From Balanoglossus misakiensis (taxonomy: Eukaryota; Animalia; Hemichordata): a stretch of DNA of 64,000 nucleotides. The stretch spans positions 6,933,705 to 6,997,704 of the forward strand of contig CM082587.2 in assembly GCA_040954595.2 (NCBI GenBank), given 5' to 3'. This document shows, piece after piece, positions 48,901 through 59,572 of this stretch. A program made the translations under genes and the position numbers. The notes under the pieces are model-generated. The model ran no database searches. It was not told the origin of the DNA and saw only the letters and a list, made by a program, of their open reading frames with translations. Numbering within the stretch: the first letter of the stretch is position 1; each line of letters opens with the position of its first letter.

Positions 48901-51900
48901 AAATTTTGACGATGCATACATTTGGAATTATGCCATTATAAACACCAAAGAACCATATTTGTGACGAGTGCAAAACCGATGACGGTACAGTGCGCTATAA
49001 ATGGTACCCATATTTTTGCTCATCAAATCTAACCCGTGACGTACATGTTTTCTCTATTTCTTCTGTCTTACATGAAATTAACGCTTCACAAGGATACGAC
49101 AGACCATTCAGTTCACAACAGCCGTACTCTGAGGTCTGGATTCCCACCAAGTTCTGTTTTGAGGACGACATCTTTAATGTTGCAAGACAGGTGAACAAGC
49201 AACACCTTTGTTATTTGGTTTACTTGTCGAGGCGCCCTCTTCATCTGACTTGTTGTTATAGGGGGCAAAATACTAGTATTCATTTTTTATGTCTGTGTGG
49301 CTGAAGTGACGGTCCCGGTTCACGAAATTCGCGCTTTGTTGGAGATGTACTGAATGTTCCTCCTCGTTTATTCTGGCAGCTGAACAGACTGATGCAGAAG
49401 CGGCTTTTTGCAGACTCGGGACTTGACGGTCTGGAATACGAACCACCGGTGTGTTCCGACGCGGACGGCGAGTGTCACGGTGCGCCGTACACAGTGGACA
49501 GAATCAAGCTGCATTACGAGGAAAGGACTTACAAACGAGGTAAACGAATTTCATAGTTCCCCTTCTCGAGTTTTCGTTTCCCTCGCTGTGTTCAAGTAAT
49601 TGTAATCGCCTGCTCTCAGTGTCCACCAGTGCGCAATATCGCAAAGTGAGCTCCAGTATTGGACACTTTGAGGGACTGGTCAGTTTCTTCGACATGGGGG
49701 TGGATTCATGGAGGAGGTCACCCTGTTTGGGAATTGGGTGATGGGGAGGTCAACGGGGAGTGACCGGGGGTCACCCACTTTTCCATGTTCAATTGGGGGG
49801 GGGGCTCGATCACTATTTGATATCCACAAAATAGAATCCATCCCCGACCAAAGAAACTGACCAGTCCCTAACAGGCGATCCGACTTTTTTTTAGTATTGA
49901 CAGTAGATCAAATAATCACAGGTTCACAAGGATGTCGATATCAGCACATGTACTTACGACAAATTCACTTCATCTACAATTCGGCTTTTTTCTTGAAGAA
50001 AACGAAAAGTGTTTCAGCCATGCCAACGGCGTAGACTATCGCGGTGTGTTATCAACGACCGTGTCGGGCAAGACTTGTCAGAAGTGGAGCGAGCAGACGC
50101 CCCACGACCACAGCCGGTCGCCGGAGAACTATCCGTACGGTGGACTAGGGGAACACAACTACTGTCGCAACCCCGACGCCGAACCCCGACCTTGGTGTTA
50201 CACCACGGACCCAGAAACCAGATGGGACTACTGCGATGTCGGAGAAGCTGGGGAGCACTGCGGTAAACAATGACAAATATCTGTCCATCGACATATCAAC
50301 CTGTCCGTTTTCAAACAGAGAGCAAACAGTAATGTTGCAGTCCTCACGACAACGTGCCATCTGGTTAATTAAAAAGCGTTTCCAAAATTCTCTTCATATT
50401 AGCCCAAGTTCTTGTCCGTCCATCTACCAGCTATCTCTATATCAAATAAATTCTCTCCAGCTATCTATTCCTATGAGATTTACAGTATAGAAAATTTCTA
50501 ACATGTCTCCATGTGAATAATGTATCGGGTTTATGATCTACCAACCACTCCGTGCTTTTTCGGCCAGGGTAAAAAAAACGAGTTTCTTCAATCATACATG
50601 CAAGTTCGACAAGACCTCAGTATGTCTTGCATCATATAAGTTGTCCCTCTAAACTTCTTCCTCTTTAACGTCCATTCCTTTAGGTACGAAGTGGGCATGC
50701 GTAGACACCCAAGCCTGCAACTTCAGGAGCGCCTTCAGACAAACGCACAACCTCTTATCAAACTATGTCCGTCGCCAGGGCAACCAAAATGGCGTGGAAT
50801 TCAAAGCCGGGCGTCCGCAGGTTTATCAGGTAAGCCACGACCGCCAAGAAATGGGATTGAAAGACGCGATCTTAAACTTTGGACCACATGTTTGACAAAA
50901 GAGGGTTAAAAATTCAGTGTTTAAGTTGTGTGATGTTTTGTATTAAAAAGGAGATCGGAAATTTTTAAGTGTTGGTACTATTGGAAAAAAATGGGTCAAA
51001 ATTCTTGAATTCAGAATAAATCAACCATTATACCATTTTTTCTTAATTAGATGAGAATCTCGGATTTGAGCAAGCCATCGTGTGACAAGCAATACAAAGT
51101 TTGCTCCTACGTGACTCCGGAATTTCAAGACTCGCCTCCACAACCTACTGACCCAAGGGTAAATAACCTTCTCTTCTTTTGAGCGTGAAAAACTCCCAGA
51201 GATTTCACATTTTGAGTTTTCGCTATTTTAGACGTGTTAATCCGTTACTGTTGCGGGACGTACTATATCGTCACAGTCAGGTTTATCAAATGTGGAATCA
51301 ATTGATAAAAACTCATGAAATACTACACGACCACAAATACATTCCTACGTAGCAACACTTGTCACATATTTCGTGTATACCATTATGTCGTTATCTGAAA
51401 ATATCCAAATTAAACTTATTCACAATACGAACTATTTTTTTCAACTGGAATAGGTTACCATTGAAGAAATGCCACAAACGTCCTTCTACGTCACTGCATT
51501 TGGTGGTCACATCTCTGATGACGTCATCGACCACCAAGTTCGTAATCTGCAGTCTCATCTCGAAAACGAAGACTTGGCCGATTCGCTTGCTGTAAGTTCA
51601 ACTCACACAAGTTGGCAATGTTTTCAAATATCACGATGCAAAATTCACGTAAACATAGTTTTGTTCACAATTATCTTGCAGCCAGGGCTTAAACTAGCAA
51701 AACGACATTCGTTCCCAGAGCATACGAAAAGAAACAATATGGCGAATACGCGCCCACGTGCTCTTTTTTTTTTTTTTACAAAACTCTAAATTCCGATTAT
51801 TGTTAATTCAGTACTTATAAACGTGGATAAGACAGTCATAGTCTTCTCCTTTTCGATGACAATACACTATGACCATATCTGAGTCGCCAATGATTTGAAA

Positions 51901-52049
51901 CAATCTACGCTTTCGTACCCATGTTACTAACTAGTGCTAAATGTTCATAATTTTTTTCTCAGGATGTTGTGTTCGCTGCTGCTTACAACTCTCCCAGGCG
52001 AATAGAAGACAGATACAACGAAATATGGCTCCCTATCCCAAGAGAATAA
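42939..52049 (+). CDS. Secreted multidomain protein: signal peptide + 4 SOUL (HEBP-like) domains + S/T-rich linker + kringle; 975 aa, 18 coding exons
   Basis: Exons 42939-43000, 43352-43545, 44169-44308, 45259-45422, 45715-45845, 46385-46543, 46714-46895, 47079-47473, 47699-47880, 48149-48348, 48735-48852, 49093-49190, 49380-49539, 49999-50262, 50684-50829, 51051-51158, 51454-51591, 51963-52049 (2928 nt, all GT-AG, one open frame). Signal [20 protein letters not shown] motifs: YEVRRY, KI(A/P)MT(T/A)PV x3, SF(Y/F)(L/V/I)P, and closing RHNEVW, RRNEIW, PYSEVW, RYNEIW. Confidence 0.88.
43565..43844. mobile_element. Foldback element with ~110-bp diverged inverted arms (intron 2 of the SOUL gene)
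   Basis: GGACTCATA.GTGG...CACTACGGCG.TTTCCTGTT versus AACAGGGAAACGCCGTAGTG...CCACATATGAGTCC. Confidence 0.75.
49672..49868. mobile_element. MITE with GGGACTGGTCAGTTTCTT TIRs (PIF/Harbinger-like), copy 1
   Basis: GGGACTGGTCAGTTTCTT ... AAGAAACTGACCAGTCCC, flanked by TGA/TAA; homologous to 57560-57751. Confidence 0.85.
49999..50262 (+). CDS. Kringle-domain exon (phase 1-1, 264 nt) of the SOUL gene
   Basis: [12 protein letters not shown]...SGKTCQKW...[36 protein letters not shown]; six Cys and the canonical NYCRNPD/PWCYT motifs. Confidence 0.95.
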
Positions 52050-52298
52050 GCTGCCCCACGCCATGCGTGCCTGTAACTCATTTAAGATGATACACCAACA
52101 ATATTTTTTATCTATGCATGGACACATACATTGTCCTAAAGCATTTATTTAGATTAATTAGAGTGCAGTTGGTTGTACGGGAAGTGAACTGAAAAGAAGA
52201 CGGTGTCATTTTCTTTTTTATAGAGTCTGTTCACAGTTGTTTGCAACTTCAAGTTTTTATTTACCAGTGAAGCGTTATTCTTACTTTTATATATCTTG

Positions 52299-52304
52299 AA
52301 TAAA
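52299..52304 (+). terminator. Probable polyadenylation signal of the SOUL-kringle gene
   Basis: AATAAA 250 nt after the stop, followed by GT-rich sequence. Confidence 0.5.
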
Positions 52305-53939
52305 TTTAGAAGTATCAGAATGTGTTTGGTTGAGAAATTGTGCTGTGATACGTAATCGTGAAATGTAGATCAGTGGGTGTGGCAGACTGATTTTTTAGTC
52401 GTATGGGGTTGAATGTCGTGGAGCGCCAGCACATGACTAAATCTTTCAGTCTGTATGCGGCCGACAGGTTTAAGAAATACAGTACTTGGCCACTGGTGGC
52501 GATGTTTACCCCAAGACTTACTTCCCACATTTTGTCGTCTAGAGAGCTGACAGAGTTACTAGTATTAAAATGGGGTTCAGATGGGGAAAAATCCAATTCA
52601 ATTTTGTTTTATGTCATAAACAAGATGTTTCTTTTGCTGAATTTTTCTTTCGTGTGCAGACTAGAATTAGAATCGGGTGGAAAAATTACGAAGATGCTGA
52701 CAATGCTGAACCAAGAAGTTACACCAGTGGTTAGATGTTTTTGGGAAAAATATACATTTGCATGGTAACAAAAAAATCATAATCATGTTACGTGGTTGTG
52801 TCAATATTTTAATATTAAGACTTGTTTTATATTTAATAAGTAATTCGATCTTATATAAGCATCGATAACATAAAGTGCACAGGCAAAACGGAAGTTGGTA
52901 CACGGTGTATCAACTTCCCTATTTATGATCACCTAAGGGATGCCTCATTATATATCATGGTGATTAATTTTCTGATTTTTCACGCGTTTCTTCCTTTGAT
53001 CCGAGTATGGCAGACGAGTTTTACAGAAAAATTGCATAAGAAACGTGTTTAGTCTTTTTATAAATAGGAATGGAAGTACTAGGGCGTATCCTAAGGTCAT
53101 GGGAATTAAACACAAATGATGATCGTACAAACGACTCGCATGTACAAGTCAAATTTACATCCACCATCAACACAGGCAATTTTCTTCATATTATGTTTAA
53201 TTACGAGTACTGACCATGCCTGGTGCGTAAAGGGAATATATAATTAGGAAAAATAGGTAATGTTTTTCAACCACAAACGACTGGGCCTTAGAAAAAGAAA
53301 GTGTCTGTCACCGTTGAATGCATGCTGCGCCGGGAACCGTCCTTTTTATTTTAAGACCTTGCCCTTCGACTTTGCGTTGTACCATACCATGGTATTGCAG
53401 TAAACAGACGAACTCTTTTCATGGACGTCACCTCAATGACCCCTCCCTCCAGATCTATTCATTCCGACCCTATTCATAAGTCGTTTCCATGGTGACGGTT
53501 CTTTAGCGCGCGAAAATAAGGCTACAGCGGGAATGATACCACCGATTGATTTCCTTATTTAACCAAGAATATCTGGAAGAAGTGGTGGATATTGTATTTA
53601 GCATAAATAATTCACTGCAAAGACACGCGCAGCGACACATATCATGCATATCGCGCAACGCGCGCAGTCTAGTCGAGTCAAGGCCGCGAATCGCGACTGT
53701 TGCTGGCGGCGCGAGACTTCGCTTGCGGGATCTCGCGTTATTTGGAACAGAATTGTCCACATGTTATTGTTGTGATTATCACATGTACACCGGTGGGCAC
53801 AATCGAGCGCGGCCGTGCTAGCGAAGGTACGTAATCGCCATATATTGCCGAAGTTCCGCGACGCAACCATCCATCCGGGTGTTGTAAACATTGCCTTTGT
53901 CCGTCGACGGCTCGAAGAGAGACACACAGTGAGGACGAC

Positions 53940-54488
53940 ATGACAGACAGTTCGTCCGACAGCGATATGAGCAACACGGTCGTCATGAATTCGACGGTGT
54001 CGTCCAAGCACTCGCTGGACGCACAGACGATCCCGATGAATGAGGAGCAGCCGAACCTCGAGGACCAGAAATGGGCCATGCTCGCCGGGCAGGCTGCCTT
54101 CAACCTGCAGTCGCACATCTTCAAAGCGGTCCTGCCGCCGGGGCTGATCAAGCCGCACATTTTCCCGCGAAATATCAGCGACATGATGAGGATGATCGAC
54201 AAGTACAAGAACACAAAGGAAGAGGCGCGCCTCGAGAACGCCGAACAAAAATGGCAGGAGTTGAAATGCCGGATAACGTGGAAGAAAGAACACGAACTCG
54301 CGTTGGAACAGATCAAATCGGCCTACATGCACATTGCACACCCACTCGAGGTGCTCATGAAACTGCCGCTGGATCAGAAAAACAACCCGGACGATATCAA
54401 AACAGCCTTCAGGGCGGTCTTGCCATCGAACCTCAAAGACAGGGGAGACGAACTCACGGACATGCTGTCGAAAATCGGGAATCTATGA
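53940..54488 (+). CDS. Intronless 182-aa uncharacterised helical protein with a degenerate HEPN-like C-terminal motif
   Basis: GC-rich ORF with strong C/G third-position bias against an AT-rich background; TATA-like TATAT at ~53841; AATAAA at ~54822; ...WQELK..I.W..EH..AL..IKSAYMHIAHP. Confidence 0.75.
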   Translation: MTDSSSDSDMSNTVVMNSTVSSKHSLDAQTIPMNEEQPNLEDQKWAMLAGQAAFNLQSHIFKAVLPPGLIKPHIFPRNISDMMRMIDKYKNTKEEARLENAEQKWQELKCRITWKKEHELALEQIKSAYMHIAHPLEVLMKLPLDQKNNPDDIKTAFRAVLPSNLKDRGDELTDMLSKIGNL

Positions 54489-57400
54489 CCACGGTTCTCG
54501 GCCGTTTACCGTTATGTTACGGACGTGTGAACGTATGGTGCTTCCAACAACATTGCGCTACCGATCACGGATGCCACATCAACATTTTCTTCTTGGGTCT
54601 CTGTCGAGTCGACAGAGTTTGCTTTATTAATGTTGCTGTGATATTTTTAAGGAGCTGTACTATTTTGTGCAAGAAGACAATTTTGCAATAGTCGATTTTG
54701 CTGTGTAAATATTCCACGTTATGACGTATTCAAATATTGAGACATAGTCTTCATATGATACATACAGAAGACGTGCAGTAGGCAGCCTTCTGGATTTATG
54801 AGAATGCGTTGAATCTTCTGTAATAAAATGCAAAGCATTGGAGTGACATTTTAAATCATTAGTGCTGCCGACCTTATTGACCTTGTATCGTGTTCAACGA
54901 CCTGATCGTGTTGTGTATCAAATTTCAAATGTTCCAATTCGCAGCTTTCAATTTTGGATTTGTAAGTACTATGTGAACCATAGACTTTGTCTATGTGTGA
55001 ACGCACAATTTACACCTTTATTCATTGTAGACTTTGATCGTGCATGTGTGTAAGGCGAAGCCGGCCTTTGTCACATGCAGATATGTTTTATGCTGTTCGT
55101 CAGTTATAACTTAATCAATACTTTACAACCTTAGACAACGACGTTTGCCGAGTTGACAAGACAGCTTGACAATGTCCAGTCTTCTCCCAGAATATTCAAG
55201 TCTGTGTGATTCATTTTCAGGCAGAATTTGATTCTTTATGAGCTAGAAGAACCCGCACAATGAGATATCTCTATGCCACAACTGTCAGACACTGATGATA
55301 CAGTCGAATTCGCAATTTATGAATTGACAGTTTACTATTTATAATTGATTATTAAAAATGATCGTGATAATATAAACAATTACATTACGAGTTCCACTTA
55401 TTTCCGCCACTTGACCCATTTCACAGCACTGCAGCTACCCCTGAATTATTTTGAAAATCTGATGTAGGTCGACGAGTTTTATAAATATTTATTACGAAAG
55501 CTTGTTTTGTAGTCACGGGAAAGACCCGTGGAAATCACCCGTGTATCAGTCATGATCTGTAACGGTTGTACACAGTGCTACAATCGTTGTAGCCACTGCG
55601 ATAACACTCATAAATGTCTACTTGTTTTCATCGTGTGAGATTTTAACTCTTGTGTCTGTCTCGTGTAGACAGCCGTCAGCTGTGCCAACTGTAGGTTGTC
55701 ACGTAGCTTTACAATGCGGGGCACGAGAGGGACAATATAGCCCCACACTTTCCCTTCATTTCCAGCAGGCTATATATGCTTGAATACCGTCAGTTCGGCA
55801 GTGAGTGAATAGATACCTTTATTTCATGCTCTGTTTGCATAAAAACGTTCACATTCTTTGGTCTTGGACCAGCTTTGCGCAGCAATCGAACGCCATGACA
55901 CCCCTAAAACACACGCACGCGATCTTCTTGCAAAGAAATAAAGCTAAATGTCTAATTGCATTTCTTACAACAGAAACGTCTTAGATTAACCAATTCACAA
56001 CTATTGGTGGTCGACATGTCCGGTTTTCTAGAAGATAACACTGTTGGCAACTACCTTCATTAAAGTTTTCGAATTTTATTCATGTACGCTTTTACGGCTT
56101 TCCAAAGAACGGGATATTTCCAGTGGTTTGTTCACAGGTAGATTTTGGGATGATAATAGGGTCAGGTGGCAACCATCACAATTTAATTTACCTATAAATG
56201 AAACCCCCATATTAGTTAGCTCTATATAGTTATTGTCATCAAGACCTTTTCTTGTCTGTTGCATTAAAAGGGGGGGATCAACATGTTGAAACAAAGTTCA
56301 CAATTTGCATGTTGGTGGTTGATTTTTACCATAATGACAATTGTAGTATCCCTCTATACAAGAATACGGACACTTACTTAGAGATCTGTTAATACCTTAA
56401 TTAGGGTTACTAACCACTCGAACGTCAATTGTGTTTTCAAAAACAATGGTAAGCTTTTAAATGCCGGTATTCGTGGGATTGCGTGCCTTCAAGTTGATTA
56501 AAGTTAAAGTTAATGACATCGCAATGGATAATTATCCCAAACAAACTGATTAGCTTATACAATCGAGCAGTACATTATAAAATGACATTAGATAACAAAT
56601 AGTTGGTTTTCAAGTGTCTTTTCTTTTCTTGGCTCGGTCGCCGGTCGTAACTTTAAAGCCCCCCCCCCCTTTTTTTTGGTGTTTGCATTGTTTGTTGTTT
56701 TCACGTGACCCCACTATACATGTGTTTCAATGCTGACGTCCGACGTTGCTTTGATATACAATGTGGTCATAACATAAGCTTATTGGCGACGAGATTTTGC
56801 TGATAAAGAAAATAATTCGGAGTCGAGTCGTTACTTTGACTTTGGGCCGGGAATGGTGCCCGCCAGAGGAAAGATTGGTAAAAAAAATCGACTCGGAGAA
56901 AAACCATATGAAAAACTGAAATTGGGTATATCTGCACGCCTTTTAGGCCTAACGTTTGCGTCAGAACAGAACGTCGGGAATTTCCCTTGTCGGGCCTGTA
57001 TATATAGGTATGACGCGAACATCATCTGATTTTGTACATGTAGGCCTATGCGATCTTTTGAAACGACAGGTGATGAAAGCCAGTGAAATATCGTTGAGAT
57101 GCATGGATCATTGGAGGGTCCGTACGGAACAAATTTTTATAATTTAGTCGAATATTTGTTGAATAGATTCTCGTTTAAAGGAGAGCGACAGGGTTGTGGT
57201 TGGTGATTCAACTGTATTGGCCGCATGCCAACGCCAGGCAAACTAATATTCTGTTCACGTGCTATCCGCGGGCACTGCCGCAGTCTCGTCTGCTTTATAA
57301 CTAAAACGTTTTATGAGTCAGTTATTTCACAGTATAGTTTAGCATGTACGGTCAAATCGTTCCCCGCGTTAATTTGATGACGCGATTTTCCCATGTCAGC

Positions 57401-57559
57401 TCTCATGTATGTTCACCTGACAGACAGATCTATCTTCAGGTCGTCGTTATTCCGCCATGAGTGCCCGCAGCTGCTGCATGTTCTGTCTCAATTTTACCAC
57501 CCGTCGCCTGCTTGTTATTCCGCTGCTCGAGATCTTCATTTCTTTGCGTGGTTCTATTA

Positions 57560-57751
57560 GGGACTGGTCAATTTCTTCGGCCTGGGGTGGGTGGATTCGT
57601 AATGGGGGAGGTCAACCTGTTTTATGACTTTGGTGATGGGGGGGGGGGCGGGGTCACCTGCATTTTTATGTTCAATAGGGGGGGGGGGTCAGTCACATTT
57701 TGATAACCACAAAATAGAATCCACCCCAGGCCGAAGAAACTGACCAGTCCC
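57560..57751. mobile_element. MITE with GGGACTGGTCA TIRs, copy 2
   Basis: GGGACTGGTCAATTTCTTCGGCCTGGGGTGG ... CCACCCCAGGCCGAAGAAACTGACCAGTCCC (~30-bp TIR); TTA on the left flank. Confidence 0.88.
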
Positions 57752-59487
57752 TTGGACAGGACCAAGAAAGATTGGAAGACTACTTCGGAATGACCCACTA
57801 AGTATTCAGGCATTTCGTCTGACTAATACAAGGGGTACGTACCGCAGATCATAACCTGTATTCAGGTGTTCTCAGTCGTGACGGCGTTTTCTTCGAAGTC
57901 ACGCGGCTACTTGCTAATAACCCCCCCCCCCCCGGGAGAGGGTAAAATTGTCGCGTCCCAGGACGTGCCATCGTCTCTTATTTTCGCGTCGATGAGCACT
58001 GTTTGTTCCGTCATGTAAACCATCATTTGAAAGAGAGACATCAAAGCTACCAAATTATGTAGAAATCAGCTACAGCGGATTTCCCCTTTAAAAAATATCC
58101 CACTTTCAGTATCGATGGGACAAAAATAGACTGTGATTAATATTGTGCATTCAAAACAATTTGAAAGCAGGCGAAACTTCTTTTTCAGATGTCTCCATCG
58201 ATCATCAATGTTAATAGATGATCAGAAGGAAATGTTGTTTGCGGTGAATACACTCCGAGTGATCATGAACTTCAGTGCCGGTGCCTTCAACCTGAACTTC
58301 GACTTGTCAAGTGTTTTGATGATATCCACATAGTATATTCTACCTTCGCCGTCTTCTCGATTTGACATTCTCATAGCGAAGTCCGAGCGCACCGCGGTCA
58401 TTTGCGCCACTTCACCGCTCATCAAGATCTGGCATCATGTTGGTCAAATTAGGTCCATAATCAGGAGGCAAAGATCGATGTCTGATGAGTGTCACGTGAC
58501 CCACCAGGTGGGCGGTTCGCTGACGTTTCATCGTGTTGTCTCCCGTGTCCCTTGGTGATAGACGGTGTTGTAACCTTTAGCCGACTACATGTACTTCTGT
58601 GTGACGTGTTTATTACAATGACCTGGCCTCGGTTGTCAGGGCAATGACCCGAATGTCCCGTGCTGGCCCGAGCATTGCTGGGTAACATGCACAAGCTGCC
58701 TGATGTTGTGAAGAAGCTGTTGCCGACACCATAGTGGAGAACTGTTGGGTTTCGAGGATTTTCGGAGGAAATTTTTTTGCAGATGGTGCGGAGGAAAAAG
58801 AAATTTCCTCTGCCATGCCTTGGGAGAAAAGATGGACTGGCAATACGAAAGAAATGCCGACAATGATGTGACATACCCAAATCCCCCATCCCATCAAATT
58901 GTTCTCCCCAATGTGAATGCAGCACGCCAACACCCTGATGAACAAACATATTCACCAATCCTGCAGGCATTATTTGCCAGAATCATCTTGGTTGAAAAGT
59001 CACCGTGCACCTTTTTGGACTGGTTGACGTTTTGGTGTGACAATCAAACTACAAGAAAGAGTCGCTTGTGTTTGTCAGAGTCATGATTTTAAGTCGACCC
59101 TAAGACTGTGACATACATTTGTTAGCCCTTTGACAAGAACCTCATCGGTCGGAGTTTGCAACCCATGATAGTGATGATCGCAAACACGCATGTCCGTTTC
59201 TCGACAAACCGTCTTCTAATATGAAACAGTTGAACCGTGATTGAAGCTAGACACTCGCACCAGTGCACTTTTTAGAAACTTCTCACGATGCGGGCAGATA
59301 CATCGCACGTTCACAATTGGTCTCCTGTGGTGTCATTCCACCATTTATATCCGGTACTGTGACTTCATTGGATGCGTTGCGCTCTCATGATGACGTGGAT
59401 GGCATGACCTCCAGTGACTGGGACATGACAGTAGCGGTACCACACGATCGATAAAATGTGTCTGCAAGGCAGCAGCTGTAATAAGCG

Positions 59488-59572
59488 TAGCCTGGGGCCG
59501 CGGGGTTAGGATTAGGGTCGGGTTGAAGGTCTTCAGGTTAACCCTTACCCTAACCCCACAGCCCCTGGGCTA
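59488..59572. repeat. Hairpin with telomere-like arms
   Basis: TAGCCTGGGGC.G.GGGGTTAGGATTAGGG ... AACCCTTACCCTAACCCCACAGCCCCTGGGCTA. Confidence 0.7.

Noticed and set aside
35569-54488. FMO + sialyltransferase + SOUL protein + HEPN-like ORF as a functional gene cluster
   Set aside because: No shared pathway can be supported from sequence, and adjacency alone is weak evidence in an animal genome
53598-54691. Overlapping long ORFs (247 aa -, 192 aa -, 206 aa +)
   Set aside because: Shadow frames of the GC-biased 53940-54488 ORF; no recognisable motifs
57420-59090. Possible exons or ORFs (58222-58425, 58461-58970, 58745-59086)
   Set aside because: No recognisable domain and no consistent splice-phase chain; cannot be supported without RNA data
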